NCBI RefSeq assembly: GCF_006345805.1
Contig: NC_043006.1
Coordinates: 104,842,001-104,906,000 of the forward strand
Direction of reading: 5' to 3'
Length of the DNA stretch: 64,000 bases
DNA from: Octopus sinensis
Taxonomy: Eukaryota
In this document: positions 1 to 13,429 of the stretch, piece by piece
How positions within the stretch are numbered: the first letter of the stretch is position 1
Layout: each line of letters opens with the position of its first letter
Position numbers and translations under genes: made by a program
The notes under the pieces: generated by a model
The model's database searches: none
The model's input: only the letters and a program-made list of their open reading frames with translations
What the model was told of the DNA's origin: nothing

Positions 1-45
1 CATTAGTAGCTTTTTCGGTTGTATATTTAATTTTATATATATATA

Positions 46-76
<31 letters not shown>

Positions 77-99
77 AGATGATAATGATGATTGCCACT

Positions 100-325
100 T
101 CCTTACAGAAGAAGACCATTTTTCAGTTGCTAAATACTGTCATGAGATCTTATATGACTAGCTAGTAAGTTGTGCTCTTGACAAAGAAACTCTATTGCAG
201 ATCTTACAAATATTTTTAAACAGAGAAGTGTCTGGGATTGTAGTTACGTCCTGTCTACGAAGTGCTCGTTTCAAGACATATTGTTCAATTCTTCGAGCTT
301 CAAATGTTTTACATCTATTGTATAT
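100..325 (-). mobile_element. 3' end of an RTE-type LINE (decayed ORF C-terminus with terminal Cys/His motif)
   Basis: Minus frame reads TFEARRIEQYVLKRALRRQD...CKICNRVSLSRAQLTS. Removing a duplicated CTAG restores ..LTSHIRSH, matching the RTE C-terminal CxxCxRxxxSxxGLxSHxRxH motif. Followed by an ATC-rich tail and (TA)n. Confidence 0.65.
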
Positions 326-1315
326 ATGTATATATATATATGTTTTATTGAAGAATATTTGAATATTGGTTTCAAATTTCGAGACGAGGCCAGCAGTTTC
401 AGGGTAAGTGTACATCAGTCGCAGTGTGCAACTGGTACTTATATTGACGATTCCGAAAGGGTGAAATGTAAAGTTGAATCAGAACATAAAGTCGGAAGAA
501 AATACGTTAAGTATTTTGCCCGGCAAAGTAAGGATTCTGCGAGCTCAATGTCTTCAGAATATAAAAATGTTGGAGTGAAAAGGCATCGTTATTCTATATA
601 ACGATCACTTTCGTTGGTATATCTTTTACACTTCAACGACTAACAGTGCATATTCACTTTAACACACACACACACACGTGTGTTGTGTGTTTGTGTAGAT
701 GAATGTGCTTTTAAGCATTTATTCTGGAAGGAAGGTACTGCTTGGTGATGTATGGGTGTATATATGTGTTTGTATGTGTGTGCACACATATGCCGTTAAT
801 AACGGACGTACATTCTTCCAAAGCTGTATTTGAAAGTTTTGCAGTAGAAATTAATTCGACCTGATTTCGCATAAATCTGCTTTTTTTCTTTCTGCTCCCA
901 CAAATAATGTAGACAGGAATATATAGATATACCGATGCAGTTATGTAGGTTTTCGGTCGTTAGAGACACATATATTCTTGTATTTGTATGTATTTATGCA
1001 TAGTGAAGTATCAAGGCTTGTAGATAGAGACTGGTAGGTACAATGGTGGATATCAATGAGGACTTAGAATGTTGTTTAATGTATTCAGGAATGATCGTGA
1101 AACAATGAACCCAAGGAAAATTAGCATAAATATACATATTTATATATATATTTGTTTAACGAGAGAGGGAAGAAATGCCGCCAAACGTCCTGTCCGGTGC
1201 AGTAGCGATTCTGCCAGGTTTCTCATTAACAAAATACATAAAGAACACTGTGAAAGTGACTGTGCTTTACCAGTAAGATACCTGTTATAAACCATTCTTT
1301 TTGTCATCTAATATC

Positions 1316-1560
<245 letters not shown>

Positions 1561-2572
1561 ATTAATAGTCACTGAATCAACGACTATTGAAAAGGATGCA
1601 AGATGCAACGAACATTTTAGAAAAAAATAAATAAGCAAATGAGTGGAAACTGAACCGGTGAGTGTTTTAAATAATAAGCCACAAAATATGCTTCAATACA
1701 CGAATTCACATAAAGAATTTTTGAAACCTTTATTTTATCGATCACAATACTTTGAAAAGCAATTTTGACTTCGGGGTGATTTGAACTCAGAACGACTTTA
1801 CATGAAAGGTGGGGAATCATGTTCTTCGCTCTTACCGTCTCTGCCAATTTTGCCTTTATTTCTATATTTATCACAACAGTGAACTTTTATTTTCTTTTTC
1901 CGTTGTGTTTATTATTTTATGTTTTAATGTTTTTCTGTAGCCAGCCTCTCCTAGTTGTATTGATATCTCCGTGAAACATCACCTTGTGATATCGATTATA
2001 TGCATAGATAATGTAACCAATAACCATTTATGTAGAAGCAATATACAGAAATAAAATCACGAAAACTGCTGCACGGATATCCTGTTCGTTTGATATCAAA
2101 CGATTTGTTGTTACTGATTCATAATGACTCATTGTGAAGAGTCACCCTGGTATTTATAGTATAAAGCACCACAGAACAAAACCGAATTAGCATTAAACAA
2201 CGTCTGTTCAGAGTCATACCCACCTGTTTCAATACGAGATAGTGGAAGTGTCGTAATACTCATGCAGATCAGCTGACTATTATTCTTCTACTCGAGTGAA
2301 TTCAATAAAAGTCGTACTCTTATGAACTCAGTAAAATTTGTACTTTAATGAACTTGTTAAAGCTTGTTCTCTTAAAGATCCGGGCATGGCTATGTGGTAA
2401 GAAACTTGCTTCATAACAAAATGGTTCCAGGTTCAGTCCCATTGCTATGAGTAATTATTATCTACTATTATCTGGTGCAAGCTTTGTGATTGAATTTGCT
2501 TGACGGAAACTGAAAGAAGTCGTGTGTGCATGTATGTATGCATGTATGTATGTATATATGCATGCATGTATG

Positions 2573-2604
<32 letters not shown>

Positions 2605-2613
2605 TGTATATAT

Positions 2614-2655
<42 letters not shown>

Positions 2656-2670
2656 TACACACACACACAC

Positions 2671-2713
<43 letters not shown>

Positions 2714-2718
<5 letters not shown>

Positions 2719-2940
2719 GTAAAGTATAGAAGCCATCTTATCATGGCTAACCACATTGGGGAGGGGGTGTTAGTGTAGCTTTATAGCCCCAAGAGATCGT
2801 CGTCTCTAGCTGGCTTTAGACACAATATCAGTGTCCTAAAGCCAGCTAGAGACGACGATCTTTTGGGCTATAAAGCTACAGTAACACCCCCTCCCCAATG
2901 TGGTTAGCCATGATAAGATGGGTTCTATACTTTACATTAT
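2714..2940. mobile_element. Near-perfect palindrome (~110-bp arms), MITE-like
   Basis: Left arm ATAATGTAAAGTATAGAAGCCATC...TTTAGACAC is the reverse complement of right arm GTGTCCTAAAG...GATGGGTTCTATACTTTACATTAT apart from a few mismatches and one indel; 7-nt loop AATATCA; TA at both ends. Confidence 0.8.
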
Positions 2941-2982
2941 CGAGCGATTACTGTTTCAATCTCATTCTGAGATTTAATTATG

Positions 2983-3015
<33 letters not shown>

Positions 3016-3182
3016 TGGGTCATTCCATAAATAATGCGGTTTTTCAATTCCATGAACTAGAATTCGGAGGGGGATGTGATTAACTTGCAATAAAAACAGG
3101 TAGTAATTTTAACTAGTACTTATTCTTAGTGACAGTTTTGAGAGTGCAGTTCAATTTTAACTGTTATTTTTACAAAGTTATA

Positions 3183-3890
3183 ATGGAAGTGTCAAAGGAG
3201 CATGTTCGGTACAATTTGCTTTTTTTAGTTTAATGAAGGCAACAACCCAACAGAAAGCGCGAGGTATATTAATGCAGTATATGTATATGGTTGTTGGAGA
3301 ATAGGCGTAAGCCAGTGTCAACGGATGTCCCAGAAATTCTAGACTTGAAAAGTTACAACCTAGAAGACGAACCTCGTCCTGGAAAGTCTGTAGAGCTCGA
3401 TGAGGACGTACTGCAAATCCTGGTGGAAAAAAAAATGCCATCGTAAATGTTAAGGAACTAGCAGAAAAGCTTGGATTTAGTCATTCAAACTTTCATAGAC
3501 ACCTGCGTGTCATCGGAGAAATCAGCAAATTGTGTCAATGGGTTCCTCACAAACTTTCTGAATCTAACCATGTGTAGAGAGTGAATAAATGCTTTTCTTT
3601 GCAGTCACGTCTCACTAATGAAGTTTTTTGGACTGTATAGTGACTGGTGGCGAGAAATAGCTTCTCTATAAATATGTCAAGCACCGAAGACAGTGGGTAG
3701 GGAAAGGTGAAACACTGGCAACCCAAGCGAAAGAAGATTGTCACCCACGTAAGGTGTTATTATCTGTTTGGTGGGATATGAAAGGTTTAGTCCATTTTGA
3801 ACTTTTAACCTAAACTAAACAATAACAAAGGAGATCTTCTGCGTGCAACTTGAGAGCCTTATGTCAGCGCTAGAAGAAAAACGACCATCA
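3183..3890 (+). pseudogene. Decayed mariner transposase (N-terminal two-thirds)
   Basis: MEVSKEHVRY.., LEDEPRPGKSVELDEDVLQILVEK, KELAEKLGFSHS, WVPHKLSE (WVPHEL-like motif), with stops and frameshifts; truncated near 3890. Confidence 0.85.
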
Positions 3891-3924
3891 GAATGACGAA
3901 AAAGAAAGATGACCACGAGAGCAA

Positions 3925-4281
3925 AAGAAAGATGGGCGATGGTAACGTGTTAGTAACCAGATAGAGAAAAGGAGAAATAAAGAAAGAGACAGAAAGACAG
4001 AAAACTGTGAAGGGGAGAAATGAGAATTAGAGAAAGGATGAGAGAGAAGAGTACAGGGTAGACTCGCATCAAAATTATGAAGATAAACTTATCTAAATAA
4101 TTTTGATGCAATGATAAACCATCAGATATTATACAGAATGCTGTGCACAAAATACATTAATGGACACTTGTTCCTTTCTTCCTTTTTTATCCAGTACAGG
4201 TCGATAAAGTTAAGTGACAGTCTGTTTTGAATTATAACTGACGAAACCTGTCCCCTTAAAAATTAACCCATGTGTTTATTT
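3925..4281 (-). mobile_element. Penelope-like element remnant (GIY-YIG C-terminal tail), copy 1 of a local duplication
   Basis: Minus frame GLSLHQNYLDKFIFIILMRVYP resembles PLE endonuclease tails (GLSLHQG...EQKFIF.LGTL.P.G.N); closely similar copy at 5086-5468. Confidence 0.5.
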
Positions 4282-4802
4282 ATGTCAGAATTAGTTAGTG
4301 TTACTCAATGGCTATTCGATTACACCCCACGTTTTTTTTAACATTCATGATATCATATTCAAGGTTACATTCAATTTCGTATAAATATCCATTTTCTATA
4401 AGTTTTTTATCCGTTACTTTCCTATGCTGACGATCAACTGTTATCAAGTTTTGGACAATATAGAATCTATTAATGAAATGATAGAGGTAGATATCCTGAA
4501 GTCTATTCAGCTCGTCGAAAAAGATATTTAGCATTTTTGTTCAAATGTCATTGAGGTCGATTAGTTGAGTACGGGAGTCAATGTAATCGAGTATACCCCA
4601 CTCTATAACATTCGCTGGCCTTACATAAATATTAAGCCTTTTATGAAATGTAAAGAAACTGTGAAGACAGCTTATTGAAACTGCAGAGAATGAAGCTATG
4701 CATAATTGTATCAATACAGAAAACGAAAGTTATTCAATAACAGAATAATAAACATTTCCAGTAAGCCGAGTAAGCCAAATGAAAAATCCGATGAAGATGG
4801 AA

Positions 4803-5700
4803 ATATTTCAGTCAACACAAAGGAAGCTGTACATGATTATTTAATGTTTCTGCAGCCAGGGCCATAACAGATATTGTTTGTGCTCCCAGCGGCCTTATAA
4901 AAGCGTGAAGAATTTATTCGTTATGTAACTCTGTACATATGCCATTCATTTCCCTTGATTTTAATTTCACAGAAATTACGTTTATATCTACTTACTTCCA
5001 AGGTAGATCTTACTAATTTAGTCGGTTGCATATTTGTGTGGTTTGTACGACAGATTGACTGAAAAGAAAGTTGAAATTGGGAGGAAAAGAAAGATGGACG
5101 ATGGTCACGTGTGACCAACGAGAGAGAAAGAGTAAAGGAGAAAAAAGAGAGAGACAGAAAGACAGAGAGAGAAATAGAAAACGGTGAAGGGGAGAAAAAA
5201 GGATTAGAGAAAGGAAGGATGAGAGAGAACAGTACAGGGTAGACTCGTATCAAAATTATGAAGTTAAACTTATCTAAATAATTTTGATGCAATGATAAAC
5301 CATCAGATACTATACAGAACGCTGTACACAAAATACATTAATGGACACTTGTTCCTTTCTTGCTTTTTATCCAGCACAGGTCGATAAAGTTAAGTGACAG
5401 TCTGTTTTGAATTATAACTGACGAAACTGAATTATAACCGTCCTCTTAAAAATTAACCCATGTGTATATTTCAGTCAACACAAAGGAAGCTGTACAATAT
5501 TATTTAATGTTTCTGCAGCCAGGGCCATAACAGACATTGTTTCTGCTCCCAGTGGCCTTACAAAAGGGTGTAGAATTTATTCTTTATGTATCTCTGTACA
5601 TATGCCATTCATTTCACTTGATTTTAATTTCACAGAAATTCCGTTTATATCTACATACTCCCAAGGTAGATCTTACTAATTTAGTCGGTTGCATATTTGT
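4803..5700. repeat. Local tandem duplication: 4803-5039 recurs at 5466-5700; 5086-5468 repeats 3925-4281
   Basis: Direct alignment by eye, roughly 85-90% identity. Confidence 0.9.
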
Positions 5701-6715
5701 TCCCCATTAGCTTCAGCTGTACTGTAAATAATACATTCCTTAGATGAGAAACTTTTCTTCCTTGTCTTTCATTTCGAGTAGCATTGAATACCTGCACAAT
5801 TCTGCATCATATTGCTCTCTTTATACACGGAGAATAATCAATCATTGTCAAGTCGTCCACTGAGCAGGGTACATTAACATTGTTTCCACCTGCCGTTTAG
5901 CTCCGATTAGTATCATCAATAAATCTTATCGTCTATAAGTTATTCCAGCAGCCTTTCTAACTCATTTTTAAAACTTTATTTACTATCATTATTACATGTT
6001 GGTACACACTTTAGCGTCTAGTCTGCTAGATTCATATTCTATTGCACTTATTATCTCGCAATGATGCCATAACTTGTCTTATTTTCATAGTGTTAGCATA
6101 AATAACTCTCAGTTCTCTGTTTCGCAGGATGAAAGCTAATATGTTTTACACTTTCCTTTCTTTTTCTACCAGTGAAGTATATTCTACTTCATTTTTCTAA
6201 TTTCTAATTCTCTATTATTGCGTCTTATATTTCACCTGAATATTGTAACATCAACCGTAGGGTCACAGGAAAAAGATATTTGAACCAATAGGAGATAAAT
6301 ATACTCACAGATTCAGGAAGGGTTAAATTATTCCTTAAGGAACTACACATTTTCTCAGCACTGAATACTTCGTTAGAACTGTAGATCAAATACTACTGAG
6401 GATTTCTGCGACGTCTGATTCCTTTGAGCGCTTGTTTAGTACTCTCAAAAGGTTTCCGGGTTACTTATAAAACATTGTGGAACAACATCATATGAACCAT
6501 TTTGCTCTGGTTTGTTCTTAAAGAACGCTCTATTGTTCTTAATTGCAGCTCTATTTCTAAACGTAGCTAAGATTAGCGACGTAATCAACCTTTGGAAACG
6601 TTCTCTCATTCCCTCACCTCTTGATTTAATTACTTATCTCAAATGATAAGTATCAAAACTATCATCAATTATGGTTGTATCGAGATGGAAATATGTTATC
6701 ACTATTTCTTATAGG

Positions 6716-7145
6716 GGCGAGCTGGCAGAACCGTTAGCCAACGGGACAAAATTCTTGGCGTCCTTTCATCCGTCTTTACGATCTGAGTTCAAATTCCGCA
6801 GAGATCGATTTCGCGTTTCATCTATTCGGGATCGATAATTGGTAGTTATCTACCAATTGTTCACTGGGATCGAACCTACTCCGAAATTGCTTACATTGTT
6901 CCAAAATTTGAAACCAATATTTGTTGTTGTTTAAGGTAGTAAGCTGACATAACCGATAACGTACAGGGCAAAATGCTTAGCGCCATTTGTGTCGGTATTA
7001 CGTTCTGAGTTGAAATATTGCCGGGAGTGACTTTGATTTCATCATTTCGGGTCGATAAAATTACTACCAGTTGAGGACTGGAGTCAACGTAATAGACTTG
7101 CACAGATGCCTAATATTGCTGGCCTTGCGTCAAAATTGATACCAA
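6716..7145 (+). mobile_element. Two decayed copies of tRNA-derived SINE family A (GGCGGCGAGCTGGCAGAA... head)
   Basis: Head GGGCGAGCTGGCAGAACCGTTAGC, B-box-like GAGTTCAAATTCC, body similar to better copies at 13430 and 14768. Confidence 0.75.
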
Positions 7146-8301
7146 TATTTGTTATTTTGTGTAAGCACTATAAATTTAGGTTACTACGTTATTCATTAGC
7201 AGAAATAAATGCATCATATTATGTTTTAGCTTTCTGAGCAATTGCAAAAAATTTTCGAGAGAGGTAAAAAAAAAACCTTAAATTCTGACAAGCGCTGCTA
7301 CACTGAGACATTTAACCCTTCATCTAGATGTTCTGCTGTTATTTAGAGGTCCTTTTTCTGTCTCTTTCCATATACTCTTATCGTTTGAATAATATATCAT
7401 ATTTCGAGCACTTTGGACACTTCTCTGTTGAATTATTCTACAAAAACTATATTAATTATAGCTGTGACGGTCAAACCGGACAAAACTTCTGCTTTTCTTA
7501 ACATGGACCAAATGGTAGCCTTAATTCAGAAATAAAGAAATAAAGAATGTGTGTGTGTAGATATACGTGTGGATATGCGTATTTGTATGTACTTAAATAC
7601 ATATATCCGTTCTTGGAAACATACTCAGATGAAGATATAATGAGCTTCTAATTAAAGCAGAATACAATGGCAGTTGTCTGAGAAGTAAACGTTTTTTTTT
7701 TCGATATTTGAGATTATTTAGATGTTAAAAGTCATGGATAACTAACATAGTTACTCTTAATCATGTTCGTGATATTAATTAACACGTTTCGCGCCGGAAA
7801 TCAAATTGACAAACAAGCTAAAAGTAATGCTATAGCATAAAATATATATAAATATTACATCGTGTTAGTTGTACGCAAATAGTATAAAAAACTTTAATTT
7901 CTAAATTGAAAAACAAAGTGACATTAGAAATTGGAAATAATTCTAACGAAATATTTTTTTAAAATTTGAATTGAAATGTATTTTGAATTTACAAAACTAC
8001 AAACAAAAAAGAAAACCAGACCTCAAATAGATACAGACACACATACACACACGTACACACACACATAACGTGTGTGCGCGCGTGCGTGCGAGTGTGAGCG
8101 TGTGGGAATGTATGTGTGTGAGTGTATGTGTGTCTGTATGTGTGTGCGTGCGCGTGTGTTTGTCACGGAGGTAATCTTTTAGTGACAAATAATGGCTTTT
8201 AGCAACTCAGAAGCTCGTCGGAAACGGCCTCCTTAGCAAATGGTGATATTCTTTGATCATCTGCCTTCGGCCTTTATTGCAAGCATATACATGTACATAT
8301 G

Positions 8302-8363
<62 letters not shown>

Positions 8364-8417
8364 GCAAGAAAAGTAGATATACAAATACACACACATATAT
8401 ATGTATATATATATAAA

Positions 8418-8496
<79 letters not shown>

Positions 8497-10452
8497 TAGC
8501 AAATCCACCCGCCCTTTGCACCGTGTAATTTATTGCAATGGTGTACTCCTGTGGACAGTTTAAGTTGAATTAGCCTGCAGTTAGAAGTTTCAATTGATAA
8601 GCGTAAAATGTATAATTGCTATTGGCACTTAGTAATAAAGGAAAGTCCATGAAATGAGGTCGCAATTACAATAGGCATTGGAAAGGCGATCAGCCCCCCC
8701 CCCCATCAAAAAAACCCCGCAAACCCCCAAAATAAAGCGGTGTAATATGCAACACAGGTAGTAAACAAAAATAAAATAGAACAGAGTGTTGAAAATAATC
8801 ACAGGCAGTAAGTAAAAACATCCATCGTTAGCAGGATGTTGTATTTAATTTTATTGACATCGAAAGGATAAAAGTCAAAGTCGACTTCAGTGGAATTTGA
8901 GTTCAGAATGTGAAGACGGACGAAACGCTGCTAAGCATATTGCACGGCGTGTTAACGATTCTGTTGGCTCGCCGCCTTAACATGAGGAAATATATTAAAA
9001 AGAGGAATTGAATATGTTTACACAAATTCGTATGAATTCAAAAGTTTTGTAGGGAAAATGCGATTTTCTGTTGGTAAAAATTGTTAGATTCCATCAAACG
9101 TTGGAAGTCAAAGGTATCGGTTTTATTTATCTATTAGAAAAGATCAATGTCTTCTTGCATTAAATTTTATACTAAATTTTGAGATTTTGATTAAAAGTAT
9201 GAAAATGCGTTGAATGAACAGAAATAGCAATGGACGTAGTAAAATGCAGATGCACTCAAAGGCCAGATACACACGCACACACAAGCACACACGGAGAATA
9301 GACAAAAACACACGCACACATGCATACATGTAGATGTAGACACAAACGTACACAGAGCAAGCATAATACTCTCACACAACTCAGCTTACACACACACACA
9401 ATACAGAGCACACACAGTGTGCACGCACGGACACACGCACACGCACACACAGATACACAAACAAATCACACACAGAGCACACACATATACAAAGAGTGTA
9501 CACACGCACACACAACACAGATAAAGCCACACACACACACACACACACGCACGTGCACACACAAAATCATATCTAAAAAGAAAGACGGAGAGAAAGAGAG
9601 AGAATCAGCGAGAAAGAAAGAGAGAGAGAGAGAGATTGAGAAAGAAAGAGGGACAGAAAGAGAAAGAAATGACTGACAGGCGCACACAACAGATTTGATA
9701 CAGACACAGGCAGATTCACACACACTCACATGCAGACAATAGCATAGAAACACACACAGCAGATACAGACGCAGAACACACACACAGACACAGACACACA
9801 CATAAATATATACACAAGCGAGACATCGTCACAAATATGAAGACGCAGTCAAAGACAGACACATCTCTCACGCTTACACACACTCGCATGCGCGTACAAC
9901 CACACACATTCACACACACACTCATGGGGACGAAGACAACGTGGGAAAAAAGATAGATAGAAAGGTAACAGCTAGAGAGAGAGAGAGAGAGAGAGATGAG
10001 TCACACAAAATTCCACACACACACACATACTAATAGACACGCAAAGACATGTTTAATCGAAAAAAAACCCCGAGAAAAATACAAACTGTCGCAATTGTTG
10101 GGTGCTTTATTACTTAGTCCTGCTTCCCCAGCCACCCCCACAGAAATGTTGCATGTCATTTAATGACTCAGTCGACTAAACTACAAATAGGTACCATGTG
10201 ACTGCTGAGTACATAATGTATTAACGATTAATGAGCTCATAATTAATAACAGTTTCTAATAAACTTTTCAACTATAGGCACAAGGCCTGAAATTTGGCAG
10301 GGAGGTTCCTAGTCGATTACATCTTCTCCAATGTGTAACTGGTACTTAATTTATCGAGCCGGATAGGATGAACGGCTAAGTAGACTTCTGCGGAATTTCA
10401 ATTCAGAACATTAAAAGGGGAAATTTTTGCCGGCGCGGTAATATCATTTTCC

Positions 10453-10945
10453 ACTCTAGTTACAAGGCCCGAAATTTGGACGGAAGAGGCCAGTCGATTA
10501 GATCGACCCCAGTACGCAACTGGTACTTAATTTATCGACCCCGAAAGGATGAAAGGCAAAGTCGACCTCGGCAGAATTTGAACTCAGAACGTAAAGACAT
10601 ACGAAAACCTATTTCATTATTACCCACAAGGGGCTAAACATAGAGGGGACAAACATGGACAGACATAGTTATTAAGTCGATTATATCGACCCCAGTGCTT
10701 AACTGGTACTTAATTTATCGACCCCGAAAGGATGAAAGGCAAAGTCGACCTCGGCGGAATTTGAACTCACAACGTAACGGCAGCCGAAATACCGCTAAGC
10801 ATTTCGCCCGACGTGCTAACGATTCTGCCAGCTCGCCGCCTTTAGAAAACCGATAAGCACTTCGTCCGGCGTGCTAACGTTTCTTATTTCTATATTGACC
10901 ACAAGGGGCTAAACATAGAGGGGACAAACAAGGCTCGACGCCTTA
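10453..10945 (-). mobile_element. SINE family A multimer
   Basis: Full head at ~10840, with body units joined at 10609/10610 and 10883/10884. Confidence 0.9.
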
Positions 10946-11379
10946 ATGATACTTCTTTCTATGATAGCTTCATGGCCTTTAATCGAATACATCGCCTCCA
11001 GTGCCAGATCGACCCTGAAATGTTGAAAGCCAAATTTACGCCATCATGTTCAAATTCCGCCGAAGTCAGCTTTGCTTTTAGTCTCTCGTATTCGATAAAA
11101 TAAGTAGCAATTGATCACTGAGGTAATCATCTCCCCCCTCACACACACAAACAAAATTCATGTCTGGTGCCAAAAGTAGAAAGAATTATTAATATCATCC
11201 TGAAGTTTATGGAAAACATAATGCAGAACGTCTTCTGGTGCGCAGAATGCTTTTTTGTTCCCCGATGTCTTTGTTGAGATATACTACTCTTGCACATTTC
11301 AGTTCACATGGGAAGTCATCAAGCAATCAATGTTTAGTGTGGAGTTCGCTAACGACCCGCAAGCAACTCACTTCATTTT

Positions 11380-11545
11380 CAGTACTTCGTTCTTGTAATT
11401 AATTTTGCTGCCATTGATTAGCAGACACTGTCTGAATGATATCAAACAGCATTCAATGGTTATCTGTACCGATTCTCAGACTCTTCCTCCCTTTTTTCTT
11501 CCGAGATGAATTATGGCATTTGTGGACATATACAGTTTGTGATTC
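11380..11545 (-). mobile_element. Decayed R4/Dong-like non-LTR RT thumb fragment
   Basis: Minus frame LGRKKGGRV*ESVQITIECCLISFRQCLL aligns with LTRKKARIGLTSIQNIFECRIISLRQHF of the 22.4-23.0 kb element. Confidence 0.55.
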
Positions 11546-11758
11546 TAATGTTTATGGGGCGGATTTCCTCTCATGGACAACCGAGTATCCGAAATATTAA
11601 TATCAGTCCTGGTAATGCAATTCTATTGTAGGTTATTATTTATTTGTAAGCGGAAGGCTCTGATTGTTATTTCTGGTATAATCTACAATCTCTGTATGTA
11701 TGCGTTATAGATTTTTGTATCTGTATGCTTGCGTGAATATATACAAAGTATGAATATA

Positions 11759-11985
11759 CAAGGATGGCCGAAAGTCACCCGACAGTAAATCCAAATTCCA
11801 TAAATGCTATCTGTAATTCTGCATTAACTCGAATGGAAAAAAAGTATCACTCAAGAAGGACTTCAGTTTGAACAATTTTCGTGATGTTGGATGTTTTTTA
11901 TTAAATTCATTCAGTTGTTAAACATAAATAAATCTTGGAAGCAAACAGTTTTGTTTTACTGCCAGGGATTTCTTGGCCAAACCTG
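11759..11985. mobile_element. Tc1/mariner-type MITE
   Basis: Imperfect TIRs CAAGGATGGCCGAAAGTCACCCGACAGTA and TACTGCCAGGGATTTCTTGGCCAAACCTG, TA on both sides. Confidence 0.65.
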
Positions 11986-12009
11986 TATACAATGTATGGT
12001 ATGTATATA

Positions 12010-12260
12010 CGCCATCTTTACTTCTGATGTGTCTAGTAGATTCTTCTTTCTACCTTAACTGTTTCACACACCATACGTTCTGCTTCATACCTTTAACAGC
12101 CTCTCCACAAATTCTCCAGACCTACTTGACATTGTGCTAATGCTGACAGACAGGAAGATATGCAGCAGATCGAAAGAGATTTTGCCGACGGAGCGACGGG
12201 GACTGGTAATCAGTTCCGTGGTTCTGTTTTCCGCACCTAAGATGAGATGCTTGTGAAATC
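12010..12260 (-). mobile_element. Decayed RTE LINE C-terminal fragment
   Basis: ELITSPRRSVG.. and VWRICGEAVK/YEAERMVCETVKVERR resemble RTE GEL..G.R..G and WR..C..G...FE..R. Confidence 0.4.
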
Positions 12261-13429
12261 ATCTATCGGCCGCAATGCTCACATCTGCTTACCCGACCAA
12301 TGTGTGAATAATTAAGATGGTAAATGTTAGTCCTGTATACCCCTTGTATTTATTGATATCATGATTGGGACAAATTTTGAATGATTGGATACACTTCCTA
12401 TCACTAGTGTAGCACTAGAGATGCTGGCTAACAAGACCATTCTCTGCCTACTCTACACCGTATTTATGTCAATTTAGAGTGGAGAGGAGATGGAAGAATC
12501 GTTAGCGCGCCGGACAAGAATGATCACGGCATTTCGTCCGTCTTTACGTCCTGAGTTCAAATTCCACCGTAACCCATTGCCTTTCATTTTTTCGAAGTTG
12601 ATAAAATAAGTACAAGTGGTCGCTAGGGTCGATGTAATCGACTTGCACCTACCCCACCACACCTGAAATTGATGGCCTTATGATAAAATTCGAAATCAAT
12701 ATCTGTATAGATTACTTTTGTCTTTGCTGCACCTTTCATAGTTCATTACTACCTATTTTGTTCGGAGTGCTCAACTTTCTAGGCAAGTTACTTTCATTTC
12801 TGTCAAAAATGTGTTTTTCTACACTGTTGCGAGTGGTGAATAAAGTGGGTGACTGAAGTACGTTACCATAACAAAAAAGAGAGTGCAAGAGAGAAAATCA
12901 AGTATATAATTTGATAAATGCTGTCGCACCGATTTAGTGGAATGGTTTAGGCATAGCTAAGAATTTCAGCTGAGAAACGTACGGTTGGCAATCTGATGCG
13001 ACTAAGAATGAGCTGGCAGATTTGTTGGTTCATCGCAAAAATTGCTTACCTCCCGAGTTGAAATCTCTGTGAAATGAACTTCGGTTTTCAGCCTCTAGTG
13101 TTTGATAAAATAAAGTAGCAGTCAAGTTTTAGGTCAAACAGCACCGACTAACTCCTTCACCTGAAAACTCCTTACGCCTAAACTAGAAACTGCTATATAG
13201 ATGTCGACGAGGGTAAAAGGCGAGAGAGTTGAAGAGTTATTCTATCAACTGAGAAATATGGTTTTCCACTTTATAGTCTCTCATGCTTTGAGGAAGGAGC
13301 GGTAGATGGCTATCACCTTGACAGCATTATAGGCACCCGGACAAATTAATGCACTACGCTCAATTGTATTTATTTCTCGAGAGCGAGCCATTGCATACGT
13401 AGATCAGAATTGGGCTCAGAATAAGGCGT

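Noticed and set aside
8495-8530. Helitron-like terminus (TACTAGC..ACCCG..GCACCG)
   Set aside because: No matching opposite end could be identified.
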